This document shows positions 1 through 12,081 of a stretch of 54,481 nucleotides of DNA, piece by piece (within the stretch, counting starts at the first letter, position 1; each line of letters opens with the position of its first letter). This DNA is from Moniliella sp. 'wahieum'. Its lineage: Eukaryota. Made by a program: the position numbers and the translations under genes. Location of the stretch: the NCBI GenBank assembly GCA_003971905.1, contig RSEE01000068.1:62001-116481 (forward strand). The letters are read 5' to 3'. The notes under the pieces are model-generated. The model was not told the origin of the DNA. It did no database searches and was given only the letters and a program-made list of their open reading frames with translations.

Positions 1-2636
1 ATGGGCTGGGCTCGAACCAGACCAAACTCCGTTCCTCCCAGTCTTCTTCCCAAGGTTCCAGCCAGTCCCAGAGCCTGACGGCCGGCGTGGCGTTTACCGG
101 GGCAGCGGATGAATCGGCCTGGGTGGGCCGGCTGCTGTTGGTGCTCAAGTACGGGGATGGGTTTACCAAGTCGGTCATCTTTAAGCTGGGCAACCTGGTC
201 GAACCGCTGAGCATCTGGGCGCGGTTTGTCGATGCGTGTGAAGCGTACAATGGGGGCACGATGGACGAGGACGAAGTGCGTAAGAAACAGGAGCTCAAAG
301 TGTTGCTCAAGGCGGTGGCCAAGGTGTTGGGGGAACAACCGGGGGCGGATAAAGTGGCGAGTGAATTGCTCGAGTTTGCACGGATGAATGATCTGCGTGC
401 GTACCGCCTGTTGCGGGTCAGTATGGACCCGAAACAGGACATGAAGAGTCTGCTCAAGGCGCGCTTGGAACTGCGTCGTCGCTCGAGGCCAACAACAAGT
501 CGCTCGTCCCGACCCTGATGCATTTTTGGCGCGGGGCCAGTTCTCCCGCTGGTCAACCGTACCACGGTGAGCCAGTTGCTCAAGGGCATCCAGCAAGGCC
601 CTGGCTCGTCGGCCGCGAGCCAGGCCAGTGCCGATTCCCTCTTGCCCCTCGGCCCCAACAAGGTGAGCTTGGCGGGTACGAGGTGTTTGTGGAAAACGCG
701 ACGGCCGTCTTGACCCAGGTCACCAAGTCCCACCCCCATGCTCATTCCCTTTGTGCCCGAACTGATCCGGATCGTTCGCGATGGCGAGGCCAGTGGCGAC
801 GAGAACCCGTACGCGACGACGGTGGCGCTGCGTGCGCTGGCGGTGATTGCTCGTGGGGACGACAAGCGACCAAGTTGATGCGCGAGCCCAAGGCCATCGA
901 CGCCCTCTGCCATTTCGCCCTCGAGGGCCAAGTGGAAGAAGCCAAGTTTGCCACCGAGACGCTGGCGGCGATGAGTGAGCGCGACACGTTGCTGCGGCAA
1001 GGCGAAGGTGCCGCGCGGTACACGGCGCCCGGCGGGGCGCCGCTGGCCAAATCCGATCTGCTCACCGCGCAACACGCACTGCACCACGTGCTCACTACGA
1101 TTTCCGATCAACTGAGTGTGGTACGGGAGGGCAAGTTGGCCAGTCACCTGGCTGCGCTCCTGGCTTTGGTCAAGTACGCGCCCGATGTATTTGAGGACCG
1201 GGCCCAGTCGATCATCAAGGACGTGCTGGCCGCAATCAAGCGGCCGTGGATGGAAGTGAAGGACGAGGCTGGCGGCATGCGCGCGGTCCAAGCCGAAGAG
1301 TGGATGGAGGAGGAGGAGCAAGAGGAGTGGGTCGAAGCGGAGGATGTGGACGACAATACGCGGTCGCGCATGCTGGGCTTGCGGGTGATCACCAAGCGGG
1401 CCGAGGTGTATGCGCATACCGAGCACGCCGAGATGACCGTCAAGCCCATCTGCGGTTTTTGTACCATGCCCTGGGCGCCGGCGAAGTGGATAGCGCCACG
1501 GGCGAGCCCAAGAAACCGAATGCGTTGCCTGCCATGCCGGGCCACGCGCGCGCCTGGCTGCGCTTCACGTCCGGCCGCCTGCCTGCTCAAGTTGGCGCGC
1601 CACAAGGCGTATGCGATGCTGGTGACGCGCCAAATGCTGCCGTTGGCATTTGTGGTGCAAGACCGAAGCTTTGGGGTGCGCAACCTGTTCTTGCGCAAGC
1701 TGTGCGCCTACCTCTCGTGCAACAAACTGCCCCCGGCGTTTTATGCGGTCCCTTTCCTGGTCGCGTTGGACCCCGAAGAGGAAAACTTGCATCTGGTGCG
1801 CTACTTTTTGCGCAAAGTCATCTGGGGCGTCTCGACCGCCCAACGGTTCAAGACGGTGGAATACACCTTTGCTCGCTTCCTCCACCTGCTTGCGCACCAC
1901 CCCGACTTTCACCGGGAGGACGTGACGGAAGCGCTGTTTGCTCGCTATGTCGACTTTTACCTGACCAGCGTGGCCAACGAGGAGAACATCAATTTGTTCT
2001 GGTACATGTGCAGCCGGCTCAAGACGCTTCGTGCGGCAGACAGCGTAGGCGCAAGTGAGAACTTGTATGCGCTGTGTGAGCTGGCGCAGCTGCGGATCAA
2101 GCGCAAGGCGCTGTCCAATGGCTGGACCATTGAACCCTGGCCGGGCAAGGTGGCGATGCCCTCAGACATTTTCCGTCCCTTGCCCAACAAGGAAGTGCAG
2201 AAGGAAATTTACTCGCGGCAGTACTTGCCCGATGAGGTGGTGCGGCGGCTGACAGAGGACTTGGACCAAGTCTCCAGCCGCAAACGACCGCCAGCCGAAA
2301 AAGTGATTGACATTCCCAAACCAACCAAGACGTCCCGCGCGCCTCGCGCTCGCCAGCCCAGCCCCACCGACGATTCCGACGAGGAGATGCAAGAAGCGCA
2401 AGAGCAGGCGGAGACCACACCCAAGCCCACGCGGGCGCGGCCTAAGCCTAGGGCGGCCAAGGCCACGGCCTCGCGCGCGGTCGGCGCTGCGGACGAGAGT
2501 TCCGAGGACAACGAGGAAGAGGAACAGGAGGAGGAAGATGAGGGGGGAAGAAGAGGAAGAAGAGGAAGAAGAGGAGGCGGAGAAGGAAAGCAGTCCGCCT
2601 CCTGCGAAGCGCGCGCGTCGGGCTGGGCGCCGTTGA
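1..2636 (+). CDS. PDS5: Sister chromatid cohesion protein Pds5 (HEAT-repeat), C-terminal part; 5' end outside window; frameshifted
   Basis: Pds5-typical C-terminal segments: 'CLLKLAR...LAFVVQDRSFGVRNLFLRKL', 'PFLVALDPEEE', 'FARFLHLLAHHPDF', 'SENLYALCELAQ', 'WPGKVAMPSDIFRPLP'. Acidic/basic tail 'EEEEAEKESSPPPAKRARRAGRR*' ends at 2636. Confidence 0.9.
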
Positions 2637-2864
2637 ACGTTGAACCGAGAACCGATCTGATCTACGTTTGGGGTCTATGCGTCTATGAACCTGGTGGGTG
2701 TCCTTGACTCGGCCGAGGAGCGCTTTTAGTTGATACAATAATGAACCCGTTTTAAGCAAACAAGAAAGAAAGGCTACAGACCCTGCGCGTAGCCGACACG
2801 CGCCATCCCACAGACAGACGCGCCATGCCGTGCCATCCACTCCACCCCAGGCCAGGCGAACTGA

Positions 2865-3929
2865 TTAACCACTACTCAGGCGGCGGGCGTCGGCATACGA
2901 GCCTATCCGACTGGCTAGTCGACTGAGGAAGAGGTACGCCACCACCGCAGCGGCAAAGGCGACTTTGCGCTGGCCTAGACTGAACAAGGTGCCGAACATG
3001 CCCCGTGGGGGCCGCGCATTCGGCATCTCGTTGACCTTGCCTCCCCGGTTGGCTTTCCGGTTGGCTCGCCGCGCCGCCGGCCCCGTCAGAGCCGCTCTTC
3101 CGGCGCGGGGGGGGGAGCACGGTGACGGAATCTCCGCGCGGTGGACCGAGTCGGGACAGGAGCAGTGGCAGGATCAAGAGAGGCAGGTGGGTCGGGGGCG
3201 CTGGACGGGGGTGGGGCGGGCCGCTGGCCCATGTTGGGCAGGGGGGTGGCAGTCGCATGCGCGTACTCGGGAAAGAGCGCAACAAATTTCCGTTGCTTGA
3301 TGTTCCAGGCGTGGGAGGCCTGTGCGTACGCCCTCCGATCCGCAGCGCTCGCCGATACACTTCCGGTCGTCATCTCCTCGCCCGTCATGAACGACAGCAG
3401 GCCCACGAGACTAGCCCCGCGTTCATCGTGTCAGTCGGGTCAGTCGGGCGTGCCACCGTGCGCGGCAAGCAGGGGGAAGGGACGTACATGTTGGCCACAC
3501 TCCAGCTGGGGTTCCAGCTGCCAGGATGAAAGTCGCTCATCGAGGTGCAGATCTTGGTGTTGGGACTGAAACGGCCACTGGGCGTCTGCACCTTGATGCC
3601 CCTGGACACCGGCCAGGCGGGGGTCAGCAAGGCGTCGCGAGCAAGGGACCCGGGGAGGAGACGTACGGAGGCTTGAACGGGTAGTCGCTCGGGAAGAGGA
3701 GTTGGCCCCAGTACTCTCCCCCGTCATAAGGGGTGTCGGGGGGGCCACGGAGGAAAAGTGCCACTCGAGCACGTTGTCTTCGCGCGGCCGGGCATAGCAG
3801 TAGGGCGGCGCATCGGCTTCCATGTTGATGGCCTCCTTTGCGAGCTGGGGGACGGAACAGCGTCAGCAGAGCAAGGGGCGCAGGGCGGGATGGACAACAT
3901 ACGCGCTTGGCAGCGGCTTTGCTGGCCAT
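2865..3929 (-). CDS. UBC6: Ubiquitin-conjugating enzyme E2, Ubc6/UBE2J2 type, C-terminal membrane anchor; about 3 introns
   Basis: 'MASKAAAKR', '[18 protein letters not shown]', '[27 protein letters not shown]', '[31 protein letters not shown]' (catalytic Cys), '[15 protein letters not shown]', hydrophobic tail '[16 protein letters not shown]'. Confidence 0.93.
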
Positions 3930-4876
3930 GGTGGCGGGGAGCACGGGCGATGGCGGTGGCGGCTCGGCGGCGATGGTGGTGGATTGAGCTGATCTGGCCC
4001 GCCAATCGCAGCGCCTCAGCGCCAGCCGCATGCAACTTTCAGAATGCGCTTCAATGTTGCAAGTAGCACGTGCAGTGTTGAAACGTTCAACGTCCAAACG
4101 TTCCACGCGCCACTCACTCGGTGGCGGCGCTGACCTCATCGACCTCCGCTCTCCGAAAGCTATTTATACTCAACTAGTAACACTATGTGCGGCCCGCCCT
4201 GTACGCGCCCTTTTTCGGCGCTTCGCTAGAGAAGCAAGCCCCGAAAATACTCGGTGCGTACCCACGCCCAAGTCAACCCATCTCCGATTATCGCGTCGAC
4301 CTGTAGCGCCCCGGTCAGATTGATATCAACGGTTTATCGCGCTCAACTGAGCGTTTTGATATCCGCTGCGCACTGTCCCCTGCTGAATTGCTCAGCCCCC
4401 AAGAAATCGTGCCAACAAAAACACATTGTGGAGGTAGTAGGGCACTTGAAATACTGATCGAACTGATCTCTGGTATGCGCGCCTCTATTCTCGGCGCCAT
4501 GCAGTAGGGAGACGAGCAACATCAGCAGGGCGTGTCTATTTTCGGCCGCCAAACCCCAATCTCGGCCCTGGGGCAATCTCGGTCTTTGCGGTATTGGCAC
4601 TCACTGTGGGGGGTTAGATTAATTGCAGTAGCTCCAACGAAGCACATGCACACTGCAATCCAATCCACGCTGCGTGTTTGATGGTGCTCCGTGCGTCCCC
4701 TTGCCCCAACAGCACACGCCACAAAGGTTTATAAACGAGACCCTCTTCTGGGGCATACGCCCAATAATCTCTTTCCTTCCAGCTGCATTCGCCTCTCGCC
4801 TCTTTTCGTCTGCACAACCCAACCCGAACAACAACACCATGTTTCATGCTGGCTTCAAGGAAAAGATGAATCCAGG

Positions 4877-6038
4877 ATGGGTTCCGCCAACCCTTACTCG
4901 GATTATCACGAGCCCACAGCTTCCTCCTCCTCGGACGAAGACGAAGTTGGCTTCCCGCACGATACGAAGGCGCGCCCTTCTTCGCCTTCTGGGGCATCGC
5001 GCAAGCGATCAGCATACACAAGTACGAGTGGGAGTGCGAGTCCTCCCGAGTACGCTCGTCATGACCCCTTGTTGGGGGTAGTGCCTCGGCCTCGGCCGCC
5101 CCAGCCCGGCGGGGCCAGTCCTCGTTCGCGGGCTCAACGGCCCCCTGGCAAAGTCCCTGCCGGCCGCACCGACGCTCGCTAGGCCTCTTCCCCTCCTGGG
5201 CCCAGCACAACACGCAGCAAACGTTCAAGCTTACTTGTCCGCCTGCGTTTTCCTCCAAGGTATTTGCCACGGACGTGCGGAGCGGGGTGACGCTGTTTCA
5301 GTGGAAGAGCCTGGCACGGCAGTTGCTCTCGGGCTTTCGTCCGTCAGCCTTTTTGGTGGAGAATGCGCGGACGAACGAGCCGCTGCTGGAGGTGCAGCAC
5401 GACATGGCCTCGGGCAATGGCGAGTGGATCCTTTCGCGTCCGACAGGCAGGATGGGCCAAGGTCAAGGCCAAGGGCCAGTAGGCGAGGTGCTCTGCACCG
5501 TCTCCTCCTCGGTTGGGGATGGGTACGGATCGACGATGCAGATGGACGTGTGCTTTGCCAATTCGGCGGGGCATGGAGCGGAAATGCAGTTGGTGCTTGT
5601 CTATGACCCTATGGAGGCGCGATGGGACTTGCTCGACATGGACGGCACCGTGCTGGGGCAAGTGAGTGGAGCAACAGGGCCAGTTTGCCCAACGAAGCAG
5701 TGGTGACCAGTACGTTCCGTTTTCTCTCTCTCTCTTTCTCTTCGGTCCGAGACTGACCACGTGGATCCACCTCAGTACCAGCCTATGCCGATACACTCTT
5801 CCTTGTCGTCTTGGCCATGATCACGCGCGAGGAAGACTTGATCCGTCAACAGCAACCGTCGGTACCGGCCGGTGATGGGCGGGGGCATGGGGGAGCACCG
5901 GTATGGTTCGGGTATGGGGGTGCTGGGGTACCGTGCGGGGAGGCCTGCGCGGAGCACTGCTTGGTCCGGGCCAAGCGTATGTGGGACGCAGGCGCGGCGG
6001 ATTGCTCGGTGGCGTTGTGGCTCGGGCTCGATGAGTAG
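4877..6038 (+). CDS. Hypothetical protein: Ser/Pro-rich N-terminus plus a beta-rich domain, possibly LURP-one/Tubby-C-like; ends approximate
   Basis: Protein-like frames 'MGSANPYSDY...PPEY', 'KVFATDVRSGVTLFQWK...FLVENARTNEPLLEVQHD...WDLLDMDGTVLGQV'. Intron from GTACGT (~5710) via CTGAC to CAG (~5775), then helix 'LVVLAMITREE'. The fold guess is from pattern only. Confidence 0.5.
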
Positions 6039-7045
6039 AGGCGCGGTAGTGGGGGGGCCGTTCCAGGCGCCTCTGCGCGCGCCCCTCGGTCGCATGAGGC
6101 GGAAGGGCTGTACTATTGATCGAATGATGCGCCTGAGAATCGGAGGGCCTGAGCGTGCTGCATTGGTCAGTCTCCCAAAGCGACATGACCAGCGACCTGC
6201 ACCAGGGGGGTTGTGGATCGAGGGGGTTTCTTTCTTCCCCAGCCGTTCGTATAGCCGAGCAGCAATGGACACTGAACATATGAACGCTGTGAACGTATAG
6301 TAGGCTCTTTGCTGGCGGTATTTCGCTTTGTCCTCTTAGGTAATAAGAAGGGCCGTATCTTCTTGGCGTGCATGTTGCTTCGCCCTGCCAGCGATGCCTG
6401 GCCTGGCTTTGCGCGGGCTCGGTTATCGATTATCGATCTTGTCTGCGAGCGGGCGCTCGCTGAGCACGGACATGTGACAAGGGAGATGCAATCCACGCTG
6501 GAGGAGCCGGGGCGCGGAACACCAGACGCGGAAACGCGAAAATGAGCGGAGCGGGCGGTAGGGTTGGCGCTGGCGTGGGGCGCGGCGTGGCTTGCGTGTG
6601 CGGCGGCCGTGCACGAGAAGGTTTCGCGCCGGCACGGGCGCAGTGTGGAGCGTGACCATTCTTCTGTGGCGGGCGCCGCACCACACCCCTGTCCACCTCA
6701 CCCGTCACCACCCCCCGCCGCCCGCACGGCGCCAGTGCGCGTGCGTTGGGGCCCACGCCCGCCTGTCTCAGCGGGCGCGCAGCAGGCGAGTGTCGGGCGG
6801 AATGTCACGCACGCGCGCTGCTCATGCGTCGCGTGGGCGGCAGCGTGGCAGCGTGTAGGGTTGGCCCAGGCCGCCCAGCCTGTCCACACTGCCCACACTG
6901 CCCACGCCGCCCGGCTGACGACGGACTAACCCCCTCGACACGCGACCAGCGCCTCGGCCTTTGCCCAACCCCCCCATCCATCCCACCCGACGACGACGCC
7001 CAGACCTCCAGCCTGTTGCACTGCGTCGCGCTCTCCCGCTGCGAC

Positions 7046-9548
7046 ATGGCTCCTTCGCTCGTCTCTGAGCCGCCCGGCGTCGACCCCTTTGTCCGCCGCC
7101 CCCCTGCGCGCGTCCGCGCGCTCCGCCCTCCGCCCCCGCCCGTGCCCGCGACGACACGGCCGCCGCCCAGAGCTGCGCGCCCAGTTCCCCGACCAACTGC
7201 GCCAACTCCGTGTGCCTTCCCCGACTGGTCCGATGAGACCTGCTCTTTGTCCTCGGCGATGCCGGCGGCGAGGTCGAGGCCGCCGCCGGCCTGATTGGCG
7301 ACGGCTTTGCGACCCAGTTTGCCTCGGTCAAGACCCACCCCCCCAAGAAAGAACCCCGGAGGAGCACCCTGTTCCTTCCTCCAGCCCCGCCCCTGCCTCG
7401 GTCGCGCGTGCCGGCCGGCCTGTCTCCTCGGCTGCCGGCCGGGGCGGCGGCCGGCCGGCCGCGGGGCCGTCCCCAGGGCCCCGGAACCAAGTCGAATGCC
7501 TCGTCGGATGGCAAGACGGCCGCTGCACCTGCACCTCCTGCATCTGCGCCCGCCCCCAAGCCCGCCGCGCCTAGTTGGGCCGACAGGATCAAAACGTCGC
7601 AGGCCAACAAGGCCGCTGCCGTGGCCGCCGCCCGTGCATCGCGCGCTGCGGCCCAAGCGTCCCATGAGCCCCCCAAAGCGGACGATGCCCGCAAGAGTTG
7701 CCCGCCGAAGATGCGTTCCCGCCAGTGACGAGTCGGCGCCCTCGTCTTCGTCCCCAGTTGCGCCTGCGGTGCCGCCTGCGCCGACAGGCGACGCTGCATC
7801 CAAGCCCGCTATGAGCTGGGCCCAGATCGTGACCCCCACCCCAAGCCCGCTCCCGCCGCTGCGGCCCACGAGGAGCCGAGCCCTGCCGAACCGGAACCAA
7901 CCGAGGCGACCGAATCGCACGAAACTGCACCCGCCTCCGCAGAGGTTGCGCCGGAGAACGAGACTGCCCCCGCTCCCGAGGCACAAGAAGAACCGGCCCC
8001 TGCGCTGCCCCCGAAGAACCGCGGGAGCAGATCAGGGTCTGAACCCCACCCGAACCCCTCCCTGAAGTCACTGAATCTGCTCCGGAACCTGCTTCGGAGC
8101 CCGCCCCGCGCCGGCGCCCGAACCGGAACCCGAGGCGGTGCAAGAAGAACCCCCCAAGGCATCCTCGCCTGCACCTGCACCTGTTCTGCCCCGCCCCGCT
8201 CCTGCTGCTGCTCCTGTCCTCTCTGCCCCCAGCCCCAGCGCCAGCAGCCGCTGGAGGAGCCATCAAGATCCCTGCTACGCGCAAGCAAGCCCAGCCGCTC
8301 GTCATCCCCGTGTCCCTGCGTTCGCTGGAGAGCCTGGGTGTGCAGTTTGGTTCGTTGGGGGTCGAGTCGGAGGCTGCGCCTGCGCTGGCTCCCGCTGCGC
8401 CTCCCGCCGCTGCCGCTGCACCTTCTGCCGCTGCCCTATGGATGCGAGCGCAGCTGTCGAGCCGCCGCGTGGCGCGGCGCCTCCCGGTGCGGCCTCGTTG
8501 CCGCCCAACCATTGACCGGAGCGCCGGCCATGCCGACGGCCGCGCCGGGCCTGATACCGGTTCCATCCGTCGTTTGCCAACCTCCGCATGCGGCGCAGGC
8601 CGGCGCGCCGCGGCTGCCTCAGCCCCCTCCCGTGCCCACGCCCAATGCGCCTTTGCCACGCCGCCATCCCAACGGCAGCGATGCGACGGGGCAGCCCATC
8701 CCGCCGCTGGGTTTGAGGGGTACACGGGGTACGGCTTCCCCTCGGCGCCGGCCCCGACGGCCGCCACGGCGCCGTATGGGCTGGGCCGACGCCGGGCGCC
8801 GGCCTGGCGCGGGGACCGACCCGCCGCCGCCGCCGCCGGCCCAGCAAGAGTACGGGTACCAAGGGCGCGATGCGCGCAACCTGAGCCACTTTTACGGCGC
8901 GCGTACGACCCCAGTGCGCTGCCCTGCGCGGGGAGGACAAGGCGGCTGGCGCAAGCCGGCGGCAGCCGGTGCCGGGGCGCGGTGCCGACGCCCGGACAAG
9001 CGGGCCCGCCGACGCAGCCGCCGGCGCAGCCGCAGCAGTACCCGAGATGATGCCGTACTTTACCAGCCGTTACATGCCGAACCAGTACCAGTACGGGCAG
9101 CCGGGTACATGCCGGTGTATGGGCAGGGCCAGCCGCAGGTGGGCAAGTATGCGCCGGGGCAGGGGGGCTACTACGCGACGCCGGGCACCGAGTTTGGCGC
9201 GGGCGGCGGGGCGGGCCGTCGGAGTACAGCAACAAGCTACCAGCCGGGGCTGCTGAAGCCGACGGCGCCGGCGGCGGTGGCGGGTGCGGGCAAGTCGTCG
9301 CCGGCGCTGGCGAATGCGGGGCTGGACTACCGCTTTGACCAAGGCGGGTGCGGCGGGTGCGGGCGCGGGCGCGGCGGGCGCGCTGGAGCAGGGCACGCCG
9401 CGCTCGACGCCGGCAGCGCCGCGCGCGCCCAGCCGGGGCAGAGCTTCTACACTACGGCTACAACCAGACGGGCTACGGCACGTATCCCTACAACCTTCCC
9501 GCAGGGCAACGCACGCGCCTGGCGCCAGGCGAGTCTGAGTGCACGTGA
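7046..9548 (+). CDS. Def1/UBAP2L(Lingerer)-like protein: N-terminal CUE/UBA-like domain, long Pro/Ala/Glu-rich region, Tyr/Gln/Gly-rich C-terminus; heavily frameshifted
   Basis: 'ELRAQFPDQLRQLR.AFPDWSDE.LLFVLGDAGGEVEAAAGLI' (CUE-like), repeated 'SWADRIK'/'MSWAQIV' motifs, 'LGVQFGSLG', C-terminal 'MMPYFTSRYMPNQYQYGQPG'. Confidence 0.7.
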
Positions 9549-9684
9549 CATGAATCGCTTCGATCGCCTGGGGTGCGTAGTGCCTTAGGCGTTAGTATAT
9601 AGACTCCCGCACGGCGCCCGTGTGGGTGGTTGCCCACCGGCTGCCCTTCCCACCGCCACCGCCCATAGCATGCCCCCACACATA

Positions 9685-9724
9685 TAGCATCCGCAGCATG
9701 TAGCATCCGCAGCATGTAGCATCC
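9685..9724 (+). repeat. 2.5 copies of the 16-bp unit TAGCATCCGCAGCATG, followed by an ~18-nt poly-C run (9731-9748)
   Basis: Read directly: units at 9685-9700 and 9701-9716, partial unit at 9717-9724. Confidence 0.9.
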
Positions 9725-9756
9725 AGGCCACCCCCCCCCCCCCCCCCCACCTCCCC

Positions 9757-12081
9757 ATGTCCCTCGCCTCCCCCCTCAGCGCCGTGGCCGTCGCGACAAC
9801 TACCCCGTCGCCCCCCGCCCCCCCTGCGCGCCACCACCACCTCCCCGCTCTGCCCGCACCCCACTCGGCGTGCCCGCCGCCCCACTCGGCACCCTCGCCG
9901 CAACCAGAGCCAGCTGCACAACACGCGCCGGACACCCACCACGCTTCCTTGGCCCACGCCCTGGCATCCGCCCAGCTGGTCGCGCCCTCGGTGTCCTCGT
10001 GCCGGCCGTGGTGCAGCCCCGCGCTGCCCCTGCGCTGCTCACCCGCCCCCCTCGCGCCGGCCGCATCGGGAGGCGGGTGGGTGCCGAGCGTTGGGCCGTC
10101 GGTGGCGTCGGTACCGCTTAGCTTTGGTCCGGTTCCGTCGCTCGGCCCGGACCTCGCCCTCGCCCTGCCGCCCGCGGCGAGCGGGGTGGGAAGCGGGCTG
10201 CCACTGCCTGAGCCCAGTCCCGCACCTGCGTTGCTTGCTGTTGATGCGTGCTCGACGCTGGAGGGCGAGGCGCGGGCACAGGCGACGGCCATCATCCATT
10301 CCCTCGTCACTGCCGCCTGGCAGTTGGGTTGGGACCGGACTACGGTCGCCAGCCGCATCACCGAGCAACTCAATCAGCGCCTGGGCCGCTCTTGGTCGAC
10401 GATCGTCGGGCCGTCGTTTGCGTTTATGTGCGGGAGCGGCCGCACAGCTTGCTCAACGTCCGTACGTGTGCGCCTCGTTGATTTGCTTGTTGCGTGTATT
10501 GTGTGTGTGTGTCGTGCTGGGCAAGGGTTGACTGTGTACATGCGTGACTAGGGATTGGCGACTGGTGGGTGGCCGCGTGGAAGGGCGAGGTGGGCGTGGG
10601 CAAGTCGAACAATAAGGAGGTGGAGTGTACCGTGTCAAGGGATCCAGACCGAAGTGAGCAACAAGGTGATGGAGGTGGTGCGAGACTCGATGGCGCAACA
10701 AGCGTCCCTGGTCGGTGCCGAACTTACGTACTTCCTCGCACATACTCCAACGGCTTCACCACTCCTCGGGCCCGGCTGGACCTGGTACCCGAGACGAATG
10801 TCAGTCTCTACACGCAGTTCCCGTCGGCCTTCTGTTTCCGTGCGGGCGAACAGGATTGGACCGTGTGGAACGAGCGGGACGCCAGCACGCATTCCCTCGG
10901 CTCCCTCAGCACCCTTGCTTCCGGCATGGTCTTGACTGGGACGGTGTCCGTGACGTCCGTGACTTTAGTCTGTCCGGCTTGTCGGCCTCGCAGAAATCGT
11001 ACGCCACGTCGTCAGCCTCGACGACGCTGGTGCAAAAGTGCAAAACTACGTGGCGAGCTACGCGCGCAAGTGCAAGCCGGGCGGGAACGGTGCAGATTGG
11101 CTCGTCGCACATGACTGATGCGTCGTATCACAATGCGGTATTGGATGTTTCCCTCGCGGCGATCGCCGAAGCGTCGGCGACGGTGGACAAGCAACAGGCC
11201 ACCACCCTTGTCACCAACCGTCTGCGTACCCTCTTTGGTCCGGCCTGGCACGCCCACATTGCCACCGACACCTTTGTGCCGGTGAATGCGCCGGCGCTGC
11301 AGGTGCTCACCTACCGTCTGGACGACAAGTTTGTCACGCTCTGGCAAGCGCAAGCCACCGCAGTGCAGACCACCTCCGAACCCGAGACGGAATGGGAATG
11401 GAGATGGGCCACGCGCAGCCCTGCAGCACAATAACAATGGCAGCAGCCTAACGTCCACCCACCAGGCCCTGCAGCACAACAAGCCTAGCCTGCTCAAACA
11501 GGCAGCGGGAGTAGCTGGTGGAGCTGCGATGGCCGGGTTGGGGTATGGACTGTACAAGCACCATCAGCATACGACCACAACGACCAGAACCCTCCCCCCG
11601 CTCAGCCGGATCTGGATACAGTCCACCAAACCCTCAATACACCACACGCACCCAAACGGGACCCAGCACGACCAGCGTTGACGCCCCCGGCACCGTGGCC
11701 GTTGGAACGTTGGCTGCGGCGCACAACGCCATCCGGGTCGAGAATCTACGCTGGCGGCAGCCGAGCAGGCCGTGCTGCTAGAGGTGGCGGCGGAAGCGGT
11801 GGCGTGGCACTCGATGGCCGCGCGCACGTTTGCGCTCTGGCTCGAGTCGGCGCTGGACCGGACGATGAAGTGGGATGGGTGGCACGTTGTGGTGGAACGT
11901 GGCGAGTTTTGGCGCTTCGTCCTACCCGGACTACCGCGAGGCGCTGAACCGCATCCGCTTTCGCTGGGACGACAAGTACGGACGGTGTGGCAAGGCGCGC
12001 AGTCCACGGGCCAGGGCCAGGGCCGGGGTGTCGTGGACGCGCTCCGCGCACCTCGGTGACGGATACGTTTGTGTGGAGTGA
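9757..12081 (+). CDS. Protein with about four tandem dynein light chain (LC8)-like domains (paralogue A); intron 10462-10551; frameshifted
   Basis: Repeated helix-helix-'G..W.h.h.G'-beta pattern of LC8: 'VASRITEQLNQRLGRSWSTIVGPSF...IGDWWVAAWK'; 'VSNKVMEVVRDSM...LLGPGW...FRAGEQDWTVWN'; 'VQIGSSHMTDASYHNAVLDVSLAAI...VTNRLRTLFGPAWHAHIA...LTYRLDDKFVTLWQA'; 'LLEVAAEAV...WLESALDRTMKWDGWHVVV...FRWDDKYGRVWQ'. Confidence 0.65.

Noticed and set aside
2512..2585. GAA/GAG simple repeat
   Set aside because: Encodes the poly-Glu tail of Pds5; ordinary.
6300..6400. Possible structured ncRNA (GCTGGCGG...CTGCCAGC stem)
   Set aside because: Only a short stem; no snRNA, SRP or snoRNA signature motifs recognised.
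6805..9588. Long antisense and alternative-frame ORFs (e.g. 7589-9235 minus; also 31400-33238 minus and 38192-39151 minus)
   Set aside because: Shadow ORFs expected in very GC-rich coding DNA; Arg/Pro/Gly-rich with no motifs.
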